Position numbers and translations under genes: made by a program
The notes under the pieces: generated by a model
What the model was told of the DNA's origin: nothing
Seen by the model: the letters and a program-made list of their open reading frames with translations, nothing else
Database searches by the model: none
Assembly: GCA_002269645.1 (NCBI GenBank)
Contig: NIVC01000978.1
Coordinates: 186,001 to 250,000, forward strand
Direction: 5' to 3'
Source: Macrostomum lignano
Lineage: Eukaryota
DNA length: 64,000 bases
Shown here: piece by piece, positions 1-11,775 of the stretch
How the letters are laid out: every line of letters begins with the position of its first letter
Position numbering within the stretch: the first letter of the stretch is position 1

Positions 1-2747
1 CTCGTCGACTGGTGGCGATGACCTCGGCGACAGTCGGGAAAGCCGGCAGGCCCGGCAAGCGGGCGCGCTGGTGGCAGCACAGCGAGTGCCCGCGGCGCAG
101 CAGCTCGGAGGCCAGCTCGCCGGACACCCAGTCGCCGTCTGTCGGGTGGAACAGCAGGCAGGCATCGCAGCGCTTGCCCTCGCCCGGACAGTCGTCCCTG
201 TCCAGCGGGTGGAAGCCCCAGCGGGCGTAGAGGCGCACCCGGACGGAGGCGGCCAGCAGCAGCAGGAGGCCGGCCGCGGCCGCCGCGGCTGCCACCAACA
301 GGAGCGACGCCCCGACGCCGCAGGCCAGCAGGCGGGCGATGAACAGGCGACGCCGCGAGGCCTCCGAGGCGGACGACATTGACGACGAAGTCGAAGAAGA
401 AGCGGACTTCGGCGGAGTGTCCGGACAGAGGTCCCGTGGCGACAGGCGCCGCAGCTGCCGGCCAGTCAGGCGACGTGGCGAAGCGCAGCGAGCGTCGGCA
501 TCGGAGCCGCGGCTGGCGAGCCAGTCCGGCAGCCAGGCCGTGCCGGCGCAGTCACAACGCCACGGGTTGCCATGGAGACGGATGTCGCGAAGCCGCCAGA
601 GGTGCGTCAGGCTGGCGACCCGGGGATCGAGCCGGGCAAGGCGGTTGTTCTGAAAGCAGACGGGGTTGCTTGCTTTCGATTCAGTGAGGTTCTGATTGCG
701 ATTGTGTCCGGGTGAAAGTACGAGGGGCATCCCAGAAGTCCGTTCAGTATGTGCCTTTTTTACCATAAACGACGAGTGAAGAGCTCAACCGCTCACGGTT
801 AAGTTTTTAAACTTTCCTGTTGCACTGTTGCGTTTTTTCGGTGACTGGACGGACTTTTGGGGTGCCCCTCGTATGTGTGCCATGGCCGGGAGACTCTCGT
901 TCCATGCGGGCTCAAATTTCGGCCATTGTTTAACTTAGCAACATGCTAAACAATATGGCTACACTCTAAGGCTACGAACCCCAGGAGTGACATTGCATAT
1001 GGCTACAAATCCAGGAGTGACATTGCATATGGCTACAAATCCAGGAGTGACATTGCATATGGCTACAAACCCGGGAGTGACATTGCATATGGCTACAAAC
1101 CCGGGAGTGACATTGCATATGGCTACAAACCCGGGAGTGACATTGCATATGGCTACAAACCCGGGAGTGACATTGCATATGGCTACAAACCCGGGAGTGA
1201 CATTGCATATGGCTACAAACCCAGGAGTGACATTGCATATGGCTACAAACCCAGGAGTGACATTGCATATGGCTACAAAGCTCATTTGCTGAAAATGATG
1301 AGCAAATAAAGAAGCTGATTTGGTATTTAAAATCCTTGGACTTTGTCAGCGGGTACGTGGATTTCGGGCCAAAGATCTCAGCCACTCGCCTGCAAGTCCA
1401 GCAGTTCCAGACGCTCCAGGCGGCTCAAAAATTTCACCGGCAGCTCCTCGAGTCCGGTGTCACTCAAGACGAGCGACTCAGCGTTGCGAAACACGTCGGG
1501 CATGCCCGGCAGGCTGGCGGGCAGCTGGCCACCGCTGAAGTTGAACCGGTAGGCGAAGCCATCGCCGAGGCGCGGCAGCTCACGCCGGTGCGGCAGCCGG
1601 TCCAGCCGAGCCCCGAGCAGTCAACGCTCACCGCGCGTCGCCAGGGCTCAACCGAGCAGGCGCACCTGTTGCCGACGCACCGGTCGGTGCAGACCAGATC
1701 CGAGCGCGGGTCCAGCTCGAGCCGGTAGCCGGCCGAGTAGATTATACGTCCAAGTAGATTCGGGGGGCTGTGACACGGTGGCAGCACCGTGTACTTCAAC
1801 AGCAAGCTGCTGATATTGCCCGCTGACGAGTTGTACAGTCGGTAGTCTCTGCAGTCGCAGCTGAGCGGGTTGCCAGCCAGATTTGAGAACACCAGAGCAC
1901 TCCGCTCGCCCAGCTGTCTGATCACCTCGCCATCGATTTCCCAACCGTCCAGGAGGTCCGTCAGGCTGACGATTCGGTTCTGCGACAAGCTGATCTCCAG
2001 TTTGATCTCCGACAGGTGGCAGTGCGACCACCAGGCTCGAGGTGACACCCGCTGTAGCCTCGAGCCGCAGCCGTCAGTGAAGAAGTCGAACTCGCCGCCT
2101 TCCAAGCTGAAATTGGCGATGCGGTTGTTGTCCAGCACCAGCACGAGTCGCTTGTCGAAATTCTGTCGCCGAATCAGCAGCGGCCAGGCGGTCAGCGAGT
2201 CCAAGGAGTTGTTGGTCAAGTTGATCTTGTTGAGCCTGACGCCGTGGAAGGCGGCTGAGGAGATCCGCGTGATGCGGTTTCTCGCCAGGCTGAGCAGCTC
2301 GAGTCCCTGCAATGCGAGGCTGCCCGGTCCCAAAGATTCGAGCCTGTTCGAATCGAGCACCAGGTGTTTGAGCTGGGGGAAGCCATGTGAGGAAAACGCA
2401 CCGACTGGCAGGCTGGAGATCCGATTGTCGCTGAGATCCAGGTACTTCAGCCGGGGAATCCTGCGCAGCTGATCAACCAGGTGCAGCACCTGCGGTCCGA
2501 TCCGAGTCAGCGAGATCACCAGGTTTTCGGCCACGCCGCCTGCGCAGCCAAGCAGCGGGCGCAGGCTCTCGGCAGCTCCGGGCGCGAAGCCGCAGTCGGC
2601 AGCCAGATGGCCCTGACCAAATTCGTACTTCCAGCTGCACTGGCACTGGCTACTAGGGAAGAACCGCTGGCAGTCTTCCAGCTGCCCGATGGCGAGCGAC
2701 CCAGCCCCTAGAAGCAGCAACACAAGCAACAGACCAGAAGCTAGCAT
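1..2747 (-). CDS. Toll-like receptor (signal peptide - LRRs - LRRCT - LRRNT - LRRs - LRRCT - TM - TIR), 3' end beyond window. Exons 2747-1390 and 649-<1; 1-nt frameshift near 1604-1605
   Basis: ATG 2747 gives MLASGLLLVLLLLGAG (signal peptide), LRRs (LKYLDLSDNRISSL, LKHLVLDSNRLESL), LRRCT GNPLSCDC and LRRNT-like CVGNRCAC...VDCSGLG. After a frameshift the frame continues LDRLPHRRELP...LERLELLDLQ. Splicing CAG|GCGAGT (1389) to tttcag| (650) yields LDLQ-NNRLARL, then LHGNPWRCDC, a hydrophobic TM (LLACGVGASLLLVAAAAAAAGLLLLLAASV) and a TIR start (CDACLLFHPTDGDWVSGELASELLRRGHSLCCHQRARLPG...VIATSRR). Family assigned from motif recall. Confidence 0.88.
978..1279. repeat. 30-bp minisatellite (ccgggagtgacattgcatatggctacaaac), ~10 copies, inside TLR intron
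   Basis: Direct tandem copies; explains ORFs 959-1285, 972-1385 and 987-1292. Confidence 0.97.
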
Positions 2748-3796
2748 TGTCAACAATTTTTTGAGCGTACAACTCTTTGCTTGCCAGAGCCTAAGTCGGT
2801 TGGTTTTAACTCTGGCCGCGGGCACAATGTCCCAGCCATAAATCTTGCAGCCCAGTCTCTGCCCGAACTGCCAAACGCTTCAAACCCTCGTCGTCCAATC
2901 CGCGATCGAGTGAGCATGAGTTTGTTCTCTCGCTATGGCGCAGGCGTACCTGGCCAAAAAAACTTATTAGCAGATGAGGCACGATGCGTCTGAGAGGAGG
3001 GCAGATGTGGCTTAGTCGGGCCAACCGTTGTTAGGAAGTTTTTGTTTCCCTCCCAGGTCCAGAAGAAAAACCCGCTCCGCTCTCGCCTCTCTCTGGCTGG
3101 GCCGGTGGAGCCCCGCAAATTCTGTTCTTCTGCCGGCGCAGTGCCGCCGTATTTTATTTAGCAAAGAAGCTACGAGAGACTGTTTGAGTGAACCAAGGTG
3201 GCCTATAAAAGCACAGTCTGGATTGAGCAGCGCTTCTCCAAAAGTGTCAGTTTTTTTAGCTACATCATTTGTTCTCCAATCAGTTCTGAGACACTTCGCC
3301 CCATTTCTTAGAAAGTCTTCGAAAGTATTCGAACTAGCAGTAAAAAAATTGCCACCACAATCTCTCTCCGAATTTTTGTTGAAAATCTCCTTGACTAAGT
3401 TGGCACAGGGGCGAGAGTTTTCTTTTGTTTTTAGCCAGCCGCGATAAATTATGCATTTTGTTGGCATGTGGTGCGGACGCCCCGTTAAAGTCTCCGGTGC
3501 AGCCAATTGATGTAGAAAGTCATTTGTGAAAACTGTTCTATGGTGCTTGTTATTTAGCTTATTGTTGCAGTTCCTGATTGAAAGCTCTAATTAGCTACCT
3601 GGCAATATTTTGTACGGCTTCCCACCTTGTCGATACATCAATGTAACCGGAGAAAATTGTTCTCAAAAGTTGTTAAAAGCAACACTTTATAGACTGCTTG
3701 GAATTTTCCTGCTTTACTCAATTTTACATATGAAATCGTTGGCAGAAACAACGTAAAGTGAAGTTTTTTTAAAGTTGGCTGCTAGCAGACCCGATC

Positions 3797-6179
3797 TTAA
3801 CCCAGGAGTGACATTGCATATGGTACAAACCCGGGAGTGACATTGCATATGGTACAAACCCAAGAGTGACATTGCGTATGGCTACGAACGCAGGAGTGAC
3901 ATTGCATATGGCTACAAACCCGGGAGTGACATTGCATATGGCTACAAACCCGGGAGTGACATTGCATATGGTACAAACCCGGGAGTGACATTGCATATGG
4001 CTACAAACCCGGGAGTGACATTGCATATGGCTACAAACCCGGGAGTGACATTGCATATGGCTACAAACCCGGGAGTGACACTGCATATGGCTACAAACGC
4101 GGGAGTGACATTGCATATGGCTACAAACCCGGGAGTGACATTGCATATGGCTACAAACCCGGGAGTGACATTGCATATGGCTACAAACCCGGGAGTGACA
4201 TTGCATATGGCTACAAACCCAGGAGTGACATTGCATATGGCTACAAACCCGGGAGTGACATTGCATATGGCTACAAACCCAGGAGTGACATTGCATATGG
4301 CTACAAACCCAAGAGTGACATTGCATATGGCTACAAACCCAGGAGTGACATTGCATATGGCTACAAACCCGGGAGTGACATTGCATATGGCTACAAACCC
4401 GGGAGTGACACTGCATATGGCTACAAACCCAGGAGTGACATTGCATATGGCTACAAACCCGGGAGTGACATTGCATATGGCTACAAACCCAGGAGTGACA
4501 TTGCATATGGCTACAAACCCGGGAGTGACATTGCATATGGCTACAAACCCGGGAATGACATTGCATATGGCTACAAACCCGGGAGTAACATTGCATATGG
4601 CTACAAACCCGGGAGTGACATTGCATATGGCTACAAACCCGGGAGTGACATTGCATATGGCTACGATCCCCGGAGTGACATTGCATATGGCTACAAACCC
4701 GGGAGTGACATTGCATATGGCTACAAACCCGGGAGTGACATTGCATATGGCTACAAACCCGGGAGTGACATTGCATATGGCTACAAACCCGGGAGTGACA
4801 TTGCATATGGCTACAAACCCGGGAGTGACATTGCATATGGCTACAAACCCGGGAGTGACATTGCATATGGCTACAAACCCGGGAGTGACATTGCATATGG
4901 CTACAAACCCAGGAGTGACATTGCATATGGCTACAAACCCGGGAGTGACATTGCATATGGCTACAAACCCAGGAGTGACATTGCATATGGCTACAAACCC
5001 AGGAGTGACATTGCATATGGTACAAACCCGGGAGTGACATTGCATATGGCTACAAACCCGGGAGTGACATTGCATATGGCTACAAACCCAGGAGTGACAT
5101 TGCATATGGCTACAAACCCAGGAGTGACATTGCATATGGCTACAAACCCGGGAGTGACATTGCATATGGCTACAAATCTAGGAGTGACATTGCATATGGC
5201 TACAAACCCGGGAGTGACATTGCATATGGCTACAAACCCAGGAGTGACATTGCATATGGCTACAAACCCGGGAGTGACATTGCATATGGCTACAAACCCA
5301 GGAGTGACATTGCATATGGCTACAAACCCAAGAGTGACATTGCATATGGCTACAAACCCAGGAGTGACATTGCATATGGCTACAAACCCGGGAGTGACAT
5401 TGCATATGGCTACAAACCCGGGAGTGACACTGCATATGGCTACAAACGCGGGAGTGACATTGCATATGGCTACAAACCCAGGAGTGACATTGCATATGGC
5501 TACAAACCCGGGAGTGACATTGCATATGGCTACAAACCCGGGAATGACATTGCATATGGCTACAAACCCGGGAGTGACATTGCATATGGCTACGATCCCG
5601 GGAGTGACATTGCATATGGCTACAAACCCGGGAGTGACATTGCATATGGCTACAAACCCGGGAGTGACATTGCATATGGCTACAAACCCAGGAGTGACAT
5701 TGCATATGGCTACAAACCCGGGAGTGACATTGCATATGGCTACAAACCCGGGAGTGACACTGCATATGGCTACAAACGCGGGAGTGACATTGCATATGGC
5801 TACAAACCCAGGAGTGACATTGCATATGGCTACAAACCCGGGAGTGACATTGCATATGGCTACAAACCCAGGAGTGACATTGCATATGGCTACAAACCCG
5901 GGAGTGACATTGCATATGGCTACAAACCCAGGAGTGACATTGCATATGGCTACAAACCCGGGAGTGACATTGCATATGGCTACAAACCCGGGAGTGACAC
6001 TGCATATGGCTACAAACGCGGGAGTGACATTGCATATGGCTACAAACCCAGGAGTGACATTGCATATGGCTACAAACCCGGGAGTGACATTGCATATGGC
6101 TACGATCCCGGGAGTGACATTGCATATGGCTACAAACCCGGGAGTGACATTGCATATGGCTACGATCCTGGGAGTGACA
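3797..6179. repeat. 30-bp satellite, same unit as 978-1279, ~80 copies
   Basis: Direct tandem copies; the long ORFs here (MTLHMATNPGV.. etc.) are repeat artefacts. Confidence 0.97.
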
Positions 6180-6850
6180 CAATTGAAATAACCAAGTGGT
6201 TATGCCAGTAATAGGATTTCTCCATAAAACACACCAGCATCTGAGAAGTCGCACTAAAAAGTCACGAGAGCTCATTAGCCAAAAGCAAAGTGCAATTCGC
6301 GCAACTTTAAAGTGCAAAAAAGATTGCAGAAATTTCAAGTAAAACCGGTTGGCTAAATAAATTTTCACTGATCGATTTCGCCGGAACACGCGCAAACGTT
6401 TCACACATTGACAGCCCGAAGCAGAATTTCCTTTTGGCATTTAATTTGCTTTTTCGTCGGCTAATCCGGAGGCCAAGTGACTAAGAAATGAAGCAGAATT
6501 GTCTTGAGCTTCCCAGCAAAGAGGCGGTCAATTTTTAAGAACAAACTGCGTGAATTTTCCAACCAATTTTTGTACGGTCTTTTACTTCTTATCGATTGTC
6601 AACTTTTTTGCTGAATTGCAAAGTGTCAATTCTTAGCGGCCATTGCAACTCTCTTTAGTGCCTCCTCTTTCTCCTATGAGTTGCTCAAAAAATGGCAGAT
6701 CTTGTTGATTCCATTCTCTGTTCATTTCTGACTCGGCAAGCTGCGACAGACACGGCTGGGGTTGACTGTGCAGACAGTGAGTCTTTAAACTGTAAAAATT
6801 CAACTATAGCTAAACATATTTTTAGAACCTATCTCACTTTTAGAAAGAGG

Positions 6851-7615
6851 CAGTTTTACAGTTGGAGTTGCATTACCAACTGGCAGTTTTACAGTTGGAG
6901 TTGCATTACCAACAGGCAGTTTTACACAGTTGGAGTTGCATTACCAACAGGCAGTTTACAGTTGGAGTTGCATTACCAACTGGCAGTTTTACACAGTTGG
7001 AGTTGCATTACCAACTGGCAGTTTTACACAGCTGGAGTTGCATTACCAACTGGCAGTTTTACACAGTTGGAGTTGCATTACCAACAGGCAGTTTTACACA
7101 GCTGGAGTTGCATTACCAACAGGCAGTTTTACACAGCTGGAGTTGCATTACCAACAGGCAGTTTTACACAGTTGGAGTTGCATTACCAACAGGCAGTTTT
7201 ACAGCTGAAGTTGCATTACCAACACACAGTTTTACACAGTTGGAGTTGCATTACCAACAGGCAGTTTTACACAGTTGGAGTTGCATTACCAACAGGCAGT
7301 TTTACACAGTTGGAGTTGCATTACCAACAGGCAGTTTTACACAGTTGGAGTTGCATTACCAACAGGCAGTTTTACACAGTTGGAGTTGCATTACCAACTG
7401 GCAGTTTTACACAGTTGGAGTTGCATTACCAACAGGCAGTTTTACACAGTTGGAGTTGCATTACCAACAGGCAGTTTTACACAGCTGGAGTTGCATTACC
7501 AACTGGCAGTTTTACACAGTTGGAGTTGCATTACCAACAGGCAGTTTTACACAGCTGGAGTTGCATTACCAACTGGCAGTTTTACACAGCTGGAGTTGCA
7601 TTACCAACAGGCAGA
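6851..7615. repeat. 35-bp minisatellite (cagttttacacagttggagttgcattaccaacagg), ~22 copies
   Basis: Direct tandem copies with 33-bp variants. Confidence 0.95.
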
Positions 7616-8038
7616 TACGAAAACAGGATTAAAAAATTCATTACCAGATTAATTTCGAGGTTGCTAGAGACTTTTGCTCCAAATCACAAAATTTAATAAA
7701 CACTCCTGAAATTTTAAAATTTTCATGACATTGAATTCGATCTGAAACTCGCAGAAATCATGCATAAGACAGCAGTTTCTTTTAGATTCCATGAAGTCTT
7801 GCCCGCAGCATGAGGAATTCTTGAGCATTGCATTATTTAACAAAGGCTTGCACAATGATGCTGAAAACTCAATTTTCTTATTTTTGAATTCAATTTTATT
7901 CCCTATTCATTTTTCACGCTGGGTGCATGCGGGCGCTTCTGAAACTCCATAGAGTATTCACTGGATCGAATGTAACGAGTGAGGTAATTAACTAATGTAT
8001 CGATCTGTCTATCTGTCTATCTGTCTATCTATCTATCT

Positions 8039-9592
8039 CCAGGCCGACCCATTGTCTCTGACTGCAACTCCGAAAGTTACATGAGTGCCAGGTTCATCGA
8101 TCTCTATCTGCAGCCTATTGCCAAGGAACAGAACTCCTTCATTAGAGACACTGATCACTTTCAAGCAGCTATTCATGACTTGACGTACGACAAAGAAGAG
8201 AGCGTCTTCCTGGTCACAATGGATGTCGAATCCTTGTACACGAACATACCTACGGATAAGGGGATTAAAGCTGTTAGGGACGCTTTTCAAAACTTTCCTC
8301 AACCATCAAGACCTGACGAGAAACTACTCGAGCTCCTTGACATCAATCTGACTAAGAATGACATGGTGTTCAACGAAAAACGCTATCTGCAGGTTAAGGG
8401 CACAAGCATGGGAAAATCTTTTGCTCCATCCTATGCCAATATTTTCATGTCCGATTGGGAGTCCAAAGCTTTGAACACAGCTCCTTTTGCCCCTCATTTT
8501 TACAAGCGCTACATTGATGATATTTTCATGACTTTCATCGGGACGGAGGCACAACTGGAGCAGCTACACAGACATCTGAACAGCTGCGACAATAACATAC
8601 GCCTCACAATGCAATACAGTAGAGATAAAATCAACTTTTTGGACTGCTGTGTCTCTTTGACTAACGAAGACAACAGGAAGAGATTAACCTGCTCGATCTA
8701 CTTCAAACCCACGGATTCCCGCCAATTATTGAACCCGAATTCTTTTCACCCAAAGCACACATTCAAAGGCATCATGAAATCTTAGTTTCTCCGCTACGCT
8801 CGCCGCTGCACCTTCAAAGAGGACTTCAAAGAGGCTAGCAGCAGCCTGATGAGCATCCTTAAAAAGCAGGGACACTCGGTCCGCTTGATCCGAGACGCTA
8901 AAAAGTCAGCTCTCATACAACTTGGACTTTACATAGATTTTCAGTGGGCTTTCGGCTTTCAAGACTGCAGAAACCGAGACTGTGCTGTATGCCGACGACA
9001 CGGCTGCTTTGGCCAAGTTTGTCCCGGTTCCACAGCAACTAAAATGGCCTACAGAATTTGCCAGAAGGTCCGCTGTGACTCCAGGTGCGCGGTCTACGCA
9101 ATTCTTTGCAACACCTGCAATGGCCGTTGCATTTATGTCGGCGAAACAGGTGGAGCTATCAAGGTCAGACTCCAGGCCCACCTAAGTGACATTAGGCTCG
9201 CTAAGGACACCCCTGTTAGCAGACATTTTTGCTCTCCGAATCACTGCCTCGACGATCTTCGCTTCATGGGGCTCTGGTATCTCAGCACCGAGAGCGAGAC
9301 CAGCAAAGAAGGAGCGCTACGCAGACGCAGGGTCATGGAACAGAAACTCATCTCCCTGCTGAGCACGCAGTCACCTGCAGGCCTCAATACAATTAACAGC
9401 AACACAAGCGCTTGTATCCCAATAGTTATTCCTTTTACGGATAGATCGACTAATATTGTACACGAAATTCGCACTGTTCTCTCAAACCATGCACATGGGT
9501 TGGACACTGTTGCTGCGTACACTCGAGCACCCTCTCTAAAGGACATTCTTTGCCCCTCAAAACTGCCTGCCCTCACTGATGGTATTGATTAA
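8039..9592 (+). pseudogene. PLE RT-endonuclease ORF, N-terminally truncated, one premature stop
   Basis: ORFs 8081-8785 and 8849-9592 are in the same frame, joined through KS*FLRYARRC (likely CAG>TAG). Confidence 0.88.
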
Positions 9593-9724
9593 ACTTTCAG
9601 AGTGAGCACTATTGAGCAACGTGCGACGGAGACGCTATTTGATTTTATAAACTAACTCACAATTCATTTTATTTCCCACTTACAATATAAACTTCGTTCC
9701 ATTTTATAGCACAATTATACTATT

Positions 9725-9770
9725 GTAAAACCCTGACGAAGGCCATTTCACGGCCGAAATATCGGTTTAC
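9725..9770 (+). ncRNA. Minimal type I hammerhead ribozyme motif, copy 1
   Basis: gtaaaacc-CTGACGA-a-GGCC(atttcac)GGCC-GAAA-tATC-ggtttac: conserved core, stem II, stem I (gtaa[a]acc/ggtttac), predicted cleavage after C9763. Confidence 0.8.
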
Positions 9771-9865
9771 CATAATTCTTATATTTTTTGACCTTTGTGA
9801 CTATCTTATTTATTTCTCAGTTACCTTGGTTAGAGCTGCCACTGCGTGAGAGGTTTTTTCAAACG

Positions 9866-10238
<373 letters not shown>

Positions 10239-10269
10239 AGATAGATACCCTGACGAAAAGTGACGAATA

Positions 10270-10315
10270 GTAAAACCCTGACGAAGGCCATTTCACGGCC
10301 GAAATATCGGTTTAC
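10270..10315 (+). ncRNA. Minimal type I hammerhead ribozyme motif, copy 2
   Basis: Identical to copy 1, offset 545 bp; predicted cleavage after C10308. Confidence 0.8.
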
Positions 10316-10410
10316 CATAATTCTTATATTTTTTTACCTTTGTGACTATCTTATTTATTTCTCACTTACCTTGGTTAGAGCTGCCACTGCGTGAGAGGTT
10401 TTTTCAAACG

Positions 10411-10467
<57 letters not shown>

Positions 10468-10881
10468 TTATCTATCCGAATGCAGGAGCCGGGGGCCAGC
10501 AGCTTTGTGTGGCATTCCATACATGCCCTGTTTGTCAAAGCAGTTTTCCATTGCGAAAGAGCCATAGCGCTCATGGTGCAAATATTGATCACAGGAAAAT
10601 AAGTCCAACTTGTTTATTCAAGTTTTCCATCAATGGATTGATTTCTGTTCGGCAGTACAGCGCCCTCAGCTCTATTATCCCTGGTGAGTTTTCAAAAAAA
10701 TTCAATTTCACAGCCGCTGCAAAGTCATGCAGTTAATGGACCTGCGGTTGCCTCTCCGTGGCGCTTTGCAGGGTCATTTGAAGGTCAAATGATGAACCCC
10801 TGGTTTAATGGAGCGAAAACTTGAGTGAAATCCAACGGAAGATCTGCTTATGGATTTTTTGAAAGCCTCTGGCCTAAGCCA

Positions 10882-11272
10882 GACTGTGTGAACCTGGCTG
10901 ATGAACTAAACTTTGTGATCCTGACTGTGTGAACCTGACTGTGTGAATCTGACTGTGTGAACCTGACTTTGTGAACCTGACTGTGTGAACCTGGCTGTGT
11001 GAACCTGACTTTGTGAACCTGACTGTGTGAACCTGGCTGTGTGAACCTGACTGTGTGAACCTGGCTGTGTGAACCTGACTGTGTGAACCTGGCTGTGTGA
11101 ACCTGACTGTGTGAACCTGACTGTGTGAACCTGGCTGTGTGAACCTGACTGTGTGAACCTGGCTGTGTGAACCTGACTGTGTGAACCTGACTGTGTGAAC
11201 CTGACTGTGTGAAGCTGACTGTGTGAACCTGACTGTGTGAACCTAGCTGTGTGAACTTGACTGTGTGAACTT
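10882..11272. repeat. 14-bp minisatellite (ctgactgtgtgaac)
   Basis: Direct tandem copies. Confidence 0.95.
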
Positions 11273-11775
11273 GTGGAAGTCTCAAAAGCAACATTTTTTT
11301 CATTTTAGTACAAAAAGTCCCCTGCTATCCCCAATGCATTCTGCGACGTCCTGCTTTTGTTTTCAGTCTGTTTGAATTTCATTTCACTTCGAATAGATCG
11401 CGGACCCCATCATCATCAGCCCAGAGTGCTTATATATTGGCAGTGCAAACACACTTTCCCGCAATCTCAGGTAATGAGAAATGTGAGAGACTGAAGTCTG
11501 CTATATGGCTGTAGTTGCACCCACACAGCTGAGCAATATCACCTATATAGGTACGGTGTAGTGAATAGTATTTTACATGTAACTATAGATTCAGAATGGC
11601 TTTTGCTCTGGTCAATTGATCATTGCAGAATTATTAAATCGTCTGGCTGGCTAAATGCACTTTTAATATATTTCCAATAAGTTCCGTATACTATATGTAT
11701 TCACTATATGTACAAAGAATGACTACATGTACATGTATAAGTTAGTTTCTATTCTATCAGTTTTTATTGATAACG

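Noticed and set aside
12-687. Plus-strand ORFs at 12-230, 71-382, 339-653 and 379-687
   Set aside because: They are antisense shadows of the GC-rich TLR TM/TIR exon on the minus strand.
3769-7696. Long ORFs of 250-420 aa
   Set aside because: They are translations of 30-bp and 35-bp tandem repeats, with no start context or domain.
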